A stretch of 64,000 nt of DNA from Chrysomallon squamiferum (Eukaryota > Animalia > Mollusca), in NCBI GenBank assembly GCA_012295275.1, contig CM022671.1, positions 30,194,001-30,258,000 on the forward strand. The letters are read 5' to 3'. The notes beneath the pieces were generated by a model that was not told the DNA's origin, did not search any database, and saw only the letters and a program-made list of their open reading frames with translations. The position numbers were made by a program, and so were the translations under genes. The stretch's first letter is position 1. Every line of letters begins with the position of its first letter. Positions 1 to 45,349 of this stretch are shown here, one piece after another.

Positions 1-247
1 TTTTTTTTTTTATTTTATTTTGTTGGGTCGGACATACAACTAACTGAAAAAGAACACTAAGAACAGTAAATTTCCTCTTTCATTTCATTAAATTACAAAC
101 AGTACTAATAATTCTTAACATATACACATATATTTTTTTTAAATCATAAAAGTTCAGATATTTTATTTTCTCTGTTAACGTCATAATAAAATGATCATGT
201 AAGTAATATCCGAACAGAAAATACTAATTAATATTTGTTCTTAATAC

Positions 248-315
248 CTTCAGCTGCACCTTGACCAAAGCAGAGATGCCCACATAAAATCTTCCATTGT
301 TGTGATCAACAAAAT
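248..315 (-). CDS. RAD52: RAD52 coding exon 4
   Basis: ttttcag|ATTTT...CTGAAG|gtatta; 68 nt; (D)[22 protein letters not shown]. Confidence 0.95.
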
Positions 316-823
316 CTGAAAAAAAAAAGACATAATTATATTTATCTTTTTATCACTACATTCTATAGTTTAAATATATTTCATTTCATAACAAGATTTG
401 AAGTTTTGCTTAGATATGTAAAATAATAAAAATCACAGGGTATATTTTATTAAAACTTATCAGATTCATACCCACAGTTTGTTGAGAAACTGAATGTGAC
501 CATCCATTAAAACCAAATGTTTCATTTGCCAGGTTGATCAGGCGCCATCCCTCAATGTAGGCAAGCTGCAAAAATTATGAAAATTTAGAACCAAAAAGAT
601 TCAAATAATAATAATAATAATAAATGTATTCTAATAACTATTATTATGATATCAACAGTATTTATTTACAACTTTCATCATAACACACAAACACAATATA
701 CCTAAAGCTGCAAATGAAAATATCAAAATTTGGATTTTCAGTTTATTACTCACAAACCTCCACAGATGGAGAGCTCATTTGCCCATCTATTTATAAAACA
801 TCCTCAACCAGCACTTATACATT

Positions 824-873
<50 letters not shown>

Positions 874-1178
874 CCTTCAGTCCTCCAGCTCCTTGTCTCT
901 GACTGATAAACTCTGGACCAAGTTTCTGTCTTAGTGCAGACTGAATAGCTGCATGCTCTTCATTTGTAAATTCTTCCTGAATGTTATTGTGGAGAATGAG
1001 ACAGAGTGAGATATAATAACAAATAAATAAATAAATAAATAAATAACATTATTATGTTTTTTCCTCTTACCATTATTTTATTAACATAAAATGTAAAACT
1101 ATTATACTTTTATAGTATTAAATTTCAGTGTATATCAAATGACGTATGTACCTGTCCAAAAGTTGTTTTATGTTCCAT
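248..1178 (-). CDS. RAD52: DNA repair protein RAD52, N-terminal part (5' four coding exons; gene continues beyond the left edge)
   Basis: complement(join(248..315,472..565,875..976,1152..1178)) translates to MEHKTTFGQ|[34 protein letters not shown]|[32 protein letters not shown]|[22 protein letters not shown] (97 aa), matching the RAD52 N-terminal domain (human ...[62 protein letters not shown]...). All introns GT-AG, phases 0,0,1,0. Confidence 0.96.
472..565 (-). CDS. RAD52: RAD52 coding exon 3
   Basis: tttgcag|CTTGCC...GTGG|gtatga; 94 nt; [31 protein letters not shown]. Confidence 0.96.
875..976 (-). CDS. RAD52: RAD52 coding exon 2
   Basis: ttcag|GAAGAA...CTGAAG|gtttat; 102 nt; [34 protein letters not shown]. 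Confidence 0.95.
1152..1178 (-). CDS. RAD52: RAD52 coding exon 1 (MEHKTTFGQ)
   Basis: ATG at 1178, ends CAG|gtacat. The FGQ motif precedes the intron. Probable upstream acceptor (ccag) puts the exon start at 1237. Confidence 0.85.
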
Positions 1179-1489
1179 TGTTTCAGAGTATATTACACAT
1201 CGACTTCGTCTTCGGGCTCTTCTCTTTCACTATGTTGCTGGATGTTATTATTTTTATTTTTATTCATTAATTTATTTTTTAATAACTCATTATTGTTACA
1301 TTTAAACAGAGTACAGTCACTGAGTTAGTCAGTACTCAAAGTACAGTTCAGGAAGTTTGTATAAATTTAATGTAGTGAAAATCTATTCTCTAATTAGTTT
1401 TTAAATAAATGAAATATTATCGATAAAAACAAGGAAAGGAATTATTATTTACACCGAATTCATTAACCTGAGTAATTATTCATAATTAC

Positions 1490-1800
1490 AATATTGACAT
1501 TGTTTACAACACTGAATTCGAAGATTGAATTTCGCGCTTCTGAAGCAATGTCTTTTCAGGTTCATTTAGCATCAGTCCGTTTGATGACACTACAAAATCA
1601 TAATACAAATTTTGTTTATCAGTTGTCATAATTATTAGATTTTAAGTAGCTTTTTCTTTCTCCCCAAATTTTAATTAAAATATTAATTATTCTTATTTTC
1701 ATAACAAAACTGTACAAGCCGGAACTACATTTCAGGAACAGGAAGTAGCAAATACTTGTTTTCTTTCTATATAATATTTACTACATAGAAGGTAACACAT
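1490..1800. promoter_or_regulatory. Candidate bidirectional promoter between RAD52 and ERC
   Basis: Lies between divergent genes and locally retains CpGs. GCCGGAACTACATTTCAGGAACAGGAAGT (1718..1746) contains ETS-like cores (CCGGAA, CAGGAAGT) and an ACTACA..TC half-motif. A plus-strand donor GAAG|gtaaca at 1791/1792 could end a non-coding ERC first exon. Confidence 0.5.
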
Positions 1801-2413
1801 ACAAAAAATCGATGTTATATGCAAGGTTTTTTGTGTGTATAATTATATGTGAACGTTTTTTATCAGGTGATAAATAAATCGCACAAACAAAAATGTTTTA
1901 AAGATAATACAGTATGCCTTATATATATGTATTACTGCTATAATAAATAAATAAGCAAAGAAATAAATAAATATCATCAGCACAATGAAAAAGGCTAATT
2001 TGTTAAACATGATAGTGAGTGGTGATTACATTTTGACACACAAACATTATTATTATTATTATTAATCATTATTAATTTAATTAATGGATTAATGATTAAT
2101 ATTAAAATATAAAACATTAATTATAATTTTATTCAAGTATGTCCTTCTTTTGGAAATATTTGCAGTAAATAACTGTCATTTAAAAATATACATATAAATA
2201 AAACCACAAATGTGATTTTTGAATAATAATAAACATAAGTTTACAACCAGACCCAAATTTCACAGCCAGGGAACTAATGAAATATATATTAACTGAATTA
2301 TTTAGGTTAAAATAGGAATATTTAGTAAATTTTCATATCCAGCACATAAAAATATTATTATTATTATTGTTGTTGTTGTTGTTGTTGCTTTTGTTATTAT
2401 TATTATTATTGTT

Positions 2414-2445
<32 letters not shown>

Positions 2446-3536
2446 TTATTTTTCTGATACTGACATATTATTTTGTATAAATGTCCTCCTTGCCCCTGAA
2501 ACAACATTGGAAATCTTTGTAGATTAGAGATTATCAGCTAGAAGCAAGTATTGTATTATTTAGTCATTAGCTTGGTTCTTTGATTGTACATTACTGGTGT
2601 CCAGTCTTTGCTAACAGTAAAATATGACAATAAAATATAGTGAAATCTAAAAGGTAAAATAAATATCTTCGATGGACCACATAACTATCACATTGTAAAA
2701 TTGAAATAATGAATTGTTTCATCAAAGTTTTGTGTGGAACATAATCATTATGAAAATTTATTGCCAAACTTTATTACCAAACATTTTGGGGTGTCATTTC
2801 ATAAAATATGACATACACAATCTTATATATTTTCTTTGATTAACTATATAATTTAATATTTAAATTTTTTTAATAATAATTATGTTAGATTAATTAAATC
2901 GTTAAATATATTTAAAAGACTGAGTTCTTAAACTTCTCGTTGGAGTTGAATTATGGACTTAACACTAATGTTAGGAAAATAGTTTTAGTTGCTGTACTTC
3001 CATTTCTGGAAAAAGGAAGGATGGTTGCATGCAAATCGTCTTGCAAAAATGGTGTTCCTCCAAGTGTGCCGTGGTTCTAAATGTTGTGCAAAAATACAAA
3101 ATGAAAGGTTTTTATAATTGTTTCAGATTTTCGATTCAACTTTAGCTGCCTGGAAAATGTAAAGCGGACAGCACTGAATTAATTATTACGAATATCGGTC
3201 TAGTTCTTTGAAGAAATCAAGGATCATTAGGATGCTGTCAGTTGAATTAAGGAGTTAAAGCCATATGTCAGATAATGGTAATGTAATATTGTATTAATAC
3301 AGTTGTTGTTAATGGATGTACATGATCTGAAACCGATATTTCAAGCATGTTTTAAAAAATTTGAAACGAGTGCATATGACAGACTTTAAAGTAATAAAGG
3401 CCAAGTTAAAAAAATTCATTGTTTAATGAATTATGAAATATTTTCGAAATTACCAGAATTTATCAAAAATTAAATTATACCTTTATTAAATTATAAAATA
3501 AATTTATTTGGTCACAAAAAAAAAAAAAAAAAAAAA

Positions 3537-34668
<31,132 letters not shown>

Positions 34669-35434
34669 TACCACACTGCCTCTCAATCTCAGAAAAAGAG
34701 GAGTCTGAGCACAACAGTATACTTGTTTACTACACAGTCCGGCTTCATGCTGCTGTTAGACTATTATGATGGTCAGTGACAATTTCTGACTGTTCGGGTA
34801 TCCAGTGGTCAGTTGATGGTTTAAGAATGTTCGTTTCTGAGATGATGTTTCATGTTGTTCCGAGTCTCAGAAGTATTTCGTTTTCAGCATTCATAAAACA
34901 TTTCGCTTTAATCTCAAAGGACTTTTAAGTGTATGAGAAGTGAACTTTTTAAAAAACTGAATGATTACTATTTTTTTTTTTTTTTTTTTATCATTAGGAA
35001 TTATTTATTCTGAAAACATTAAGAAGGAAGAATCCTGAAAATCTCTAGAACTGTTCTTTTTTTTTTCCCTTCAGAATACTCAACAGCATGTATGTTTTAT
35101 GTAACCAATATAAAAATATTGTGTGTGTATAAATGGAAAAATTTAGTGTCTTCATAGTTGAGAAAAAAAAGAGCTGATGGCTCTGATTTATTTGTATATG
35201 TGAACTGAGAGAAAGATAACACAACTGTGCATGTCAAGTGTCTTTTGAAGGATTCACCAAAGTGTGTTCCATGTTTAAAGAATAATCCACTTACTTTAGA
35301 ATAAGCAATCCAGTCAAGTCTGTTAGTAAAGTGGCATTCTCATCATGCAACAACAAAAATTAAAACACTTCACTAGGACATGCATTTGTTTTGTATCAGC
35401 AGAATAAAATAAAATTTAACAAGACGAGAAGTAA

Positions 35435-35783
35435 CAAAGGTACATGACTCTTTTGTTTAAAGTATCTGACACAAAGAAAGATAATTCTTTTGTTGTGCAC
35501 TTCCTGCAAAGGTACTTAACTGTTACCTGAAACATCATACCTAAAGATAAATAACTCTAGCTAGATGCATCTTAATAGAGGTACTCAACCCATACCTGAT
35601 TCATTTTACACCAAGGTAGATAATTCTTGCTAGTTGCATTTTACAGAAAGGTACACAGCTCTTGCTAGATGCTTCACACATAAAGATACGTAACCCTGGC
35701 TAGATGCACCTTGCACAAAGGTACCTGAATGTCTGATGTATCTTTAACAAAGGTACACAACTTTTCTCTGGTGCATTTTACAC
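35435..35783. repeat. Degenerate minisatellite, about 35-bp unit, roughly 10 units
   Basis: Recurring aaaggtacacaactcttgctagatgcatcttacac-like unit. Confidence 0.75.
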
Positions 35784-37004
35784 TATGTTAATTGGTTCCA
35801 AGCTTTCTGTGTTTCATGTTATGTAATTCTTGTTCTAATAATCACAGTGATTGTTCCAGTTTACAGATTATCTTTATCTTTCAGTTGTGTGCAGCAAGTT
35901 ATTGTGGTTAGTTGCACACTGAGAATGCCTTTTATGTTTCTTTAATAAATCTTCATAATGTAATTAAGGCTGAATGAAAGAATCAACTTTATATTTGTCT
36001 GTTGGTTTATTTACTATGCAGTTGTAGACAAATCAAATAATTGTGACCATTTTTTTCAGTTTCAGACTGAAATTTTGAAAGAGTAAAAATAATTCATTAC
36101 ACAGTCTGTTCCAAATTCATAAGTATTTTCAAAATGTGTTGCTTTTAGAGTTTTAACATGAAGTAACTAGTGTAATAAAAAAAAATCATTCAAGAGTTTA
36201 TGAAATACTTTGTTTTATTATAATCATTATTTTATGTATTTATTTATTTATTATGTTTTTTATTTGTTTATTTAAATTAAATACATGCATTTAAATTGAG
36301 TTTAATTGAGAATCTGCAAAGTTTATTTCTTTTGGGTTTTTAATTATTATTTCATGCTGTCTCATGAAATGTCTCTAATTTTATAGTATTAAACATGCTA
36401 TATAATTGTATTAAATATTTCATCACTACTTGAGAAGTGTATCAACAGTATTTCTTTGAAATAATAATAAAATAATAATAACAAAATAATAATAATAATA
36501 ATGTATTATAGTTAATATTTAGAACCCAGTGATTCTCAGAAATGTTTAAAAGATTCCTTTGCACAGTTTATTTTATAGTTACCAATTAATGGAGCTTTAA
36601 TTATTTTTTGACTTTTAAAAAGTTTGGTTCTGTCACAGATTTTGCTAATATTTAGGCATATAAAAAATTATAAAAACAGTTTCTGACATTTTTCAAGATT
36701 TCCTCTTACAAAATGTATTTGCACCTCAAATATCTTAAAAGCATGTTTTGTTTTAATCAACTTTTTTGTATTTAGCTGCAGGAAAGAGTGTTCTGTATTA
36801 GCATACACTATTCAAAAGTTATGCACAGCATAATATTACGGATGATAATAATGAAACTTGATGATTACTTGATGGCCACATAATTAAAGGTCAACCATTT
36901 TATATATAGCTTTGTATTTGTTAGCATTAAGTAACTGTAATGAATGTTACAATACAGTTTTACCAGCCTTTTATTTTATTGCTGTGAAATACATTTATAC
37001 ATGG

Positions 37005-37655
37005 AAAAATGTGATGGTGTTTTCCTGGAGCAGTGTGATACTCTTTGCCCAGAATGATGTGAGATGTTGTTTTATTCTGTAGCAGTGAGATGATGTTTGT
37101 ATGGAACTGTGAGACTGTGTTTTTTTCTACAATGGTGAAATGAGGTTTATCCAGATGTACGTAAATGACTTATTTCCTGGGATGGTGTTTTGTCTGCAAC
37201 TGTGAGATTGTGTTCTTCAGAAATAGTGAGATGGTGTTTTGTCTGGAACTGTGAGATTGTGTTCTGATGAAATAGTGAGATGGTGTTTATTCTGATGAAG
37301 TGAGATGGTGTTTTGGGCATTTGAAATAGTGAGATGCATTTTTCTGGAACTAAATGATGAAATAGTGTGAGATAGTGTTTGTTTCCTGGAATGTGGGATG
37401 GTTGTTTCTTGGAACAGTGTGAGATTGTTTAACTGGAATGTGAGACTATTTAGCTAAGTCATTGTAACTGTAGTGTTTAACTAAAACAGTGTGAAACAGT
37501 ATTTAGCTGAAACATTGTGAGATTGGTTTAATTGAGAAAGTATGAGATCTTTTTTAGCTTGAACAGTGTGAGATGGTGTTTGCATGCACCATTGTGAGAT
37601 GGTGTTTATCAGAAATAAATGTAGCATCTGTGAATCAATGAATAAATGTGATATA
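37005..37655. repeat. Degenerate minisatellite, about 27-30-bp unit
   Basis: Recurring (aa)cagtgtgagatggtgttt..ctgg unit. Confidence 0.8.
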
Positions 37656-38011
37656 GTTGTTATAAATATACATTTCATAAATATTAACCACACTGTAGCC
37701 AGAACTGCAATTTCAAACATTTTGTAAATGCAAATTAAGCTCAAATGTGCTGAATCTTGTCAAACTGAAATATTTCTAGTCACAAGTAATTATAATTTTG
37801 CTTTTGCTGCTGACTTCTAGAAAATGTTTAAGTAACTTTAATAATGGTTTGTCTGCTTTTCTGGATGAACGGTATTTAATGTAGAAGTGTTTTTGTAGGA
37901 CAAAAAGTGTTCCTTCCTATGTGAATGAAATATTTATTTTTATTAATTTTTTATATTATATTTATTTTATTTTATTTTATTTCATTTCCTTTCATTTCTT
38001 TTCATTTTTAA

Positions 38012-38043
<32 letters not shown>

Positions 38044-39792
38044 GTATTAGGTGTTATTGCCTGTACAAATATCTTTTAATTCAAATCAAAGTCTTATTTA
38101 AATAGTACTACTAATGAAGTTACATTAATTACAAGAATTCATTTAAGCCTAAGGAAACTGGACATGAATTTATAAAATCAGCAAATCTTAAAAGTTAATA
38201 ATGGAGAGCTGTACTCATTCTCTTTCTATTTTTTAGTTAATACTATTTTGGTTATTTATTTATTTATTTATTTATTTTCTTACTTAGTTACTTTCTTACT
38301 TACTTACTTATTCTGCTATTATTATTGCAACTAATTCTTATAAGACACAGATCCTGATTTCACAAGAGTGTACCATTATTGAGATGAATATAATTTTCAG
38401 TTGGAAATGTTTATTATAGAAGAAAATTTGTTGGTAAGCAAAAAGGGGATGCTATTAGTATGGTAGATTTACCTTTCAGTACAGAATGACTTTGGTTATA
38501 AAGAAAAATGTATTCGTAAACAAAAAAGGGGTGCTATCACTGGAAAAAACCCCAACTTAAAATATAAAATAAGTAATATTATTTAAAAAATAATAACAAA
38601 AAATAAAAATAAGTAAATAAATAAAAAAATGAATAAATTGTTAGTCTTCGGATAAAAGATAGGAAGAGCATTGTGAAGTGCTCTCTTAGATATGATACAG
38701 TTACTGCTCACAGTTTGACAAAGTTACTGTATAACAGTGTGTGTGATCTCTGGCACAGATGCAGCGTCAGTGGATGTAGTATATGGCTTGACAATCAGTA
38801 GAGATCAGTGCTTTACTCTCATTACTTCTTAGTTACTGAGTTTATATATAATATTTTGTATTTGGATTCATTTTTATATATGTACATACAAGAATACACA
38901 GATGTGAACAAATGAGATGCACATGAACTGTTAACACATTCTTCACTTGCATGATTTACTGTCACTATACATAAATAAAAACCTTCAAAAATTGTGTATA
39001 TTTATGTCTGTATGTACATATAGACATGCATGCACATCACATAATCAAAGACAAAACCAGAATGCACTATAATGTTAATCCATTTGTTAATTTGTATTTC
39101 CTGATAAATATTTACAAGGTTATCATAGGTGTACAAGTTGTATAAAATTACTGACAATTGTAAACATTTTTTTCATTTAGATTAGATTCATAAAAATTTC
39201 ATTACAACTGAAAAGATAAAAGGGTTTGGAATTAATAAGAAATAAGATATGTGGATGCTGCAAATTATTTACCAAAGTGATTTTTATTTTTTTCAAGAAC
39301 TTTTTTTTTTTTTTTTTTTGGAATAAAATGTCTGATTTGATTTCTAGAATTTAAACACTTTTTTGTTGTTGTTGTTTGTTGTTGCTGTTGTTTATTAATC
39401 TTTTTGTTTTTAAGGTTTGTTCAGAATTTTCTTTCTTTCTTTTTGTTTTGTTTTTGTTTGTTTATGAAAGTTTAATTATTATGATTATTAGTCTGAAATG
39501 TGTAAAAATTATATTCCTTCTTCCATTTTACTTAGTAAGTATGTACTCGGTTCTGTTATTATATTTTGTGTGCAGTTAGATTTAGCTAACTGACTTTGTG
39601 TTCATTTGTTGGTGCTATATATTATATTAATTTTGACAGATTTGGTTGTAGTTTTGTTTTCATTTGTAAAATATAACACATTTTTTTTTTATTGCCCACA
39701 AGTGTAACTGAGTGTATAAATCATTCAGCTTATCTACCCATCTTTTCTCTATAATGTTTTGTTTTATTTTATTTATTTATTTATTTGTTTGT

Positions 39793-39843
<51 letters not shown>

Positions 39844-40439
39844 TTCATTCATTTATTTATTTATTTATTTATTTTATTATTACTGTAATAAATACCTGAT
39901 TTATATAGTATTTCTATTTTTAAGAAAAGAAGTTTTAAAAAAATGGAACAATATATCATATGACAAAATTTACATGGTATGTTAACATTAAGTTCTGTTT
40001 TCCTCATCAGTATTATACACACAAAAGAGAAGAAGAAAAATAAAATCAAAATTGTTTATGTCACACATTTTGTATTTTCAATTTCAGCTATTGTTTTTTT
40101 CATGAACATTAAATTTTAATTAAATGACAGATTTCTTGAGTAATGATGATATACAACTTCATTTTTTAACAGTAAATGTACAGATTAAATTTATTTACTT
40201 GATCGCCCTAATATTACTTTGAACAGTAGTTTTAAATAAATTGCAAGGGGTCTGATTGGTAAAATCTTGAAATGAATGTATATTTGGCATTTCTTCCTGT
40301 GATCAAAGATAATTTTTCTTCTTTCATGTAAATTGCAAGTTTAGCATCCACACTCACAGGCTTTTACAAGGGAAATAACTCACTAGAAAGGATATCAACC
40401 CAACATATCCCACTTTTAGTTACACATTTTTTTTTATTA

Positions 40440-40472
<33 letters not shown>

Positions 40473-40656
40473 TAAATGTGGTTTGTTAATCCATTGGGGA
40501 GGGGGAAAATAAAAAATCCATAAAATGTAAATTGCATACCCTAATTACTTACTGTATGTCTCTTTAAATTTATGAGTTTTTTTAGTGTTGTTATTATTAT
40601 TATTATTACTATTATTATTATTATTATTGTTATTATTATTATGATTGTTGTTATTA

Positions 40657-40712
<56 letters not shown>

Positions 40713-40981
40713 GTTAAACAGTCTACCTATTTACCTACTGAGAATATGTATATATGAGAGAGAAAGAAATCAGTGCAGAATGAATGAATAATAACTGCAT
40801 CAGGTTATAAGCTGAAATGTCTTGATCAGTTTTGTTTTGGGTTTTCGTGATTTTTAACAAAATGCTAACTAGGGAATATATATTTTAAATACATAATCTT
40901 TAAATGTGCTCTGGTTTAGTTTTAAAATTATTATAGCTTATTTTAAGTTACAGTATTGGAAAATCCCAAATAAGATGATCA

Positions 40982-41020
<39 letters not shown>

Positions 41021-42451
41021 AAGTTACATATACATACATATATATAAAAGTTCTATTTAACTTTTGTCCTTATTACATAATGATAGCTTTTGTAATCTTT
41101 CATAAGGTGTTAGATAATTATATCATTTTACTGCTTTTAATTATTATTATTATTGTTACTTTTATTTTTTATTATTATTATTTTTTTGTTTTATTTATAT
41201 TTTGTTTTTATTAATAATCTATTTTTCTTTCCATGATATTTTTAATTTTTCTTTTTGGATTCTTTTTATAATATATTCAATTTGTTTCTTTTATATCCAA
41301 AATCTCTTTTCAAATTTTATATGTCTGTTAATCAGCTAATCAGCTTCATTGCAGAATAAAATATCGGTAAATAGCGAGACATCTACATAGTATTAATAAC
41401 TTGAGATATTTGATTCTATATATATCATTTTAAAAGTAGAGCTAGCCAACAGCAGTTCCTAAATTAAAGGTTTATTATTTGTCTTACAGTTTATTTTTAG
41501 TGATATTCTTCTTAAGTAACAAACAGGATAGATAATCTTATATTGAATTTCATTTATTATGTGTTGCTTTGTGATGGATTTAACAGTAATTAATATATAT
41601 ATGTATATATATATATAATAATTTTCTTATTTTTTTCGTGTTTGCTAGTTTTTCTTTTCTGTAACATAACATCAAATAGATTTTTACCCTATTTGTTAAA
41701 AGAGAATTTTCTTTTCTTTTCTTTATTTTAATGACTGATTCTAATTAATATTTATAATTTGGGTTATTTTTATTTCTTTTTCTCATTAACTCAAAAATTT
41801 GATTTCTCTGTGTGTGTTACAAGTGAATTTTTTTTAAAGGTATTTTTCTGACAAGTGTACAACTATCTGTAAAATAATCACAGATATCAAGAAGGTCTGA
41901 TTTTTTCTCAATTTCTTTCTTTTATTTTCATAAATTAATTTTTCTTAATGTTTTGAATATACCTGGCTTTCCTCTACAAAAAAAAAAAAAGTTCATTAAT
42001 GATTCCAATACATTCATTTCTAACAAAATCTCTTGAATGCTATCCACTTTTCAATGCCTGGATAATGTAATATTTACAATATTCTTCATAGATGAAAATT
42101 TGCCTATTAGATTTACAAATTTTATAAACAAAAAAGAAGTATATATATATATATATATATAATCTTTACAAATTTTAAAATTAAAATGCAAACAAGTTCA
42201 GTATGAAAAGTGAAAATGTACAAAATTCAGGGCATTATTGTAATGTATAATTAATTATATGTATGTAACTTTTAGCCTTAAATCTGGATTCAGAATAATT
42301 TGTCTTAAGTACAGCCTATGCAGCTGTTGAATACTGTTGTATATTAGTGTATGTGTGATTCATTAGTTACCATTTTAGTGCTGTTATTTTATTCATGAGT
42401 ATATGACTGATCACAATGTAATAAATTGATATTGATTGACTCTTGCAGATT

Positions 42452-42720
42452 AATATTGATGATGTAATGTATTTGCAAATATAATATTAGTTGTATTGAT
42501 AATGTAATATATTGCCAATATTACATCATTAGTGATACTGATGATGTAATACAGTGGTGATATGACATCATTATTGATACAGATGAAGTGATACATTGCC
42601 AAAATGACATCATAAATGATACTGATGATGTAATAAATTGCCAACATGACATCACAAATGGTATTGATAATGTAATACATGGATAAATATGACATCATTA
42701 GTCATATCTGATGATGTTAT
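42452..42720. repeat. Degenerate 42-bp minisatellite
   Basis: Recurring ttgccaatatgacatcattaatgatactgatgatgtaata; gives the 14-aa periodic ORF at 42450..42698. Confidence 0.8.
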
Positions 42721-43789
42721 AACACCAGAATTGTCTTCAATGTACTTAATATCTGTGATTTGTATGAAACAGCTGTTATTGCCTATGATAATATATCTGC
42801 ATATGTCACTGCAGATGGTTATTAAAAGACTGTACATGTTTCTGTGCTTCTTACTGGTATGTAAATGTTGTATTATGGCAAACCAGTGTCAAATAAACTG
42901 ATAATAAACTGAACACATTGTACTGTTGTGTGTCATTAATAGCTGAAGTGTGTAATATTTTAATCATATTTTACTATCACTTTTACAAAATACTGTAAAG
43001 CATGTGTATTTGTTATCTGAGATTTATTAACATCCATCCATTCTTTTGTTTAGAATTACTCATTTCAGTGAAATGTGTTAAGGTCAGTCCCACTTGCATA
43101 GTAGAAAAAAAAGCTATTAATTATTTTATTCTTAACCATACCATATGTAATATGTATTAAAATAACATTAATTAGTTCTAGTAGTAGCAGCAGCAGCAGC
43201 AGTAGTAGTAGTAATATTAATGTTCTTTTGCTACTACCTATCACTACTACTACAAATATTGCTATTACTATAATTATTTATGTGTTTATGTTATCATTAT
43301 TAAAACATTATTAATTCCAAATTACTTTTTCTGTTTCAGAAATTTTACTTCTAAATTAAAGTATTCAGTTTTACAATTAAACATCAACATCCACAGAAAT
43401 TTGCCAACATTTGTACAGTTAAAACAGTCAAATATATCCTCTTCGAGTAATTCTTATACAAAATAAATAAATAATAATTAAAAAAAATTAAATAAATAAA
43501 TAAATAAAAACTTTAAAAAAAAAAATTATATAGTACAACCAAAGCAAGAAATTAATTAAAACTGAAACCAAACAATATATTATGTCTGACACAAAACATT
43601 AACTACAAGGTCATTTGTTTAGTTTTGTTGTTTCTTTTGTTTGTTTTCCTCACCCAATAACTGGTGTAATACAGAACATAGAAAACAATCAAAATGATAT
43701 ATTCTGAATAACCTTACAACTGATAATGATAAAGGCTGACTGTTTTGGTGTTTGTTTGTTAGAAGATTAGTTTGAAGTAATGACTTATT

Positions 43790-44370
43790 TATGTTAGTAT
43801 GTTAGAAGTGATGGTATAATAATGTTACTGTATTAGAAGAGATGGTATATTAGTGTTAGTGTATTAGAAGTAACAATATAATAGTATTAGTATGTTTGAA
43901 GTGAGTATGTTAGTGTTAGTATGTTACAAGTGATACTATATTACTGTTAGTATGTTAGAATGGTGGTATATTATTGTTAGTGTGTTAAAAGTGAGTATAT
44001 TAGTGTTAGTATGTTAAAAGTGGTGATGTTTTAGTGTTATTGTGTTAGAATGCTTTTATATTAGTGTTAGTGTGTTAGAAGTGATGGTATGTTAGCGTTA
44101 GTATGTTAGAAATGATTGTATATTAGTGTTAGAGTGCTAAAAGTGAGTATGTTAGTGTTAGTATGTCAAAAGGATTATATTTTGTTAATGTGTTAGAAAT
44201 GATGGTATATTAGTGTTAGTGTGTTAAAACTGAGTATATTAGTGTTAGAATGTTAGAAGTGTTGTTTTAGTGTTATTGTGTTATTGTGTTTGTGTTAGTG
44301 TGTTAGAAGTGATGGCATATCAGTGTTAGCATGTTAGAAATGGTAAAATAATAGTGTTAGTCTGTTTGAA
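43790..44370. repeat. Degenerate minisatellite, about 30-bp unit
   Basis: Recurring tagtgttagtatgttagaagtgatggtatat. Confidence 0.88.
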
Positions 44371-44413
44371 ATTATGTTATATTAGCGTTGTTTTGATATT
44401 AAACTGTGTTAGA

Positions 44414-44444
<31 letters not shown>

Positions 44445-44487
44445 GTTTAAAAAATATTTTAAAACTGGAAAACAAAATAAAACAAAA

Positions 44488-44518
<31 letters not shown>

Positions 44519-44916
44519 ATTCCCTGCCTTTCCCTGTCTTTGTATTCTGCATTGCTGGCGATTTTAAAAGGTGCAGCTCCTTCGAAATTCCAGAAGTAAG
44601 CTCCCTGAACCATAGCTAGCCTAACGTAAACAGATCATTACACCACTTACGTTTCAAGTGTGTCACGTTCATATTCTAAATAATATCTAAGTAAAAAATG
44701 TACGTTTATATGTTCTGCATATATCTTCAGAAGTTGATTATAGAAAATCAATTGATTTCTTCTTGGCGTTAATCTCTATTTTATATTTGTATTGCTAATA
44801 GTAAGGAATGTTTTCAATAATTTGAAGAAATTTTTTATTTATTATCAACCATAAGTTCTGGAAATATAGTTTCTATATAAAAACTGCTCTTGCCATCAAA
44901 ATTATCTAACGGAAGC

Positions 44917-45025
<109 letters not shown>

Positions 45026-45349
45026 ATGCAAAACGCATGTGATTTAAACACTTGTACGCTTTACAAAACATTAACTAATTATACAATGGATTATCCTATT
45101 CGTTTAACAAACGTGGACGATATGTATTGGAGTTTGATATGATTCAATATGGGTTTTGTCGATTCACACACATTAGCAAGAATAAAAATAGGTTAATTTA
45201 TGAAAAAGGTAATAACAGGATCCAAGATCTCAATAACTGTTAAATTCAGTTTTGCATAGTTGATCTGACATATGCCAAAAATTATACAATGTTATATGAG
45301 GGTATCATGTAAAAACATGGATATAACTGCATATGATAATTAACTGTAT

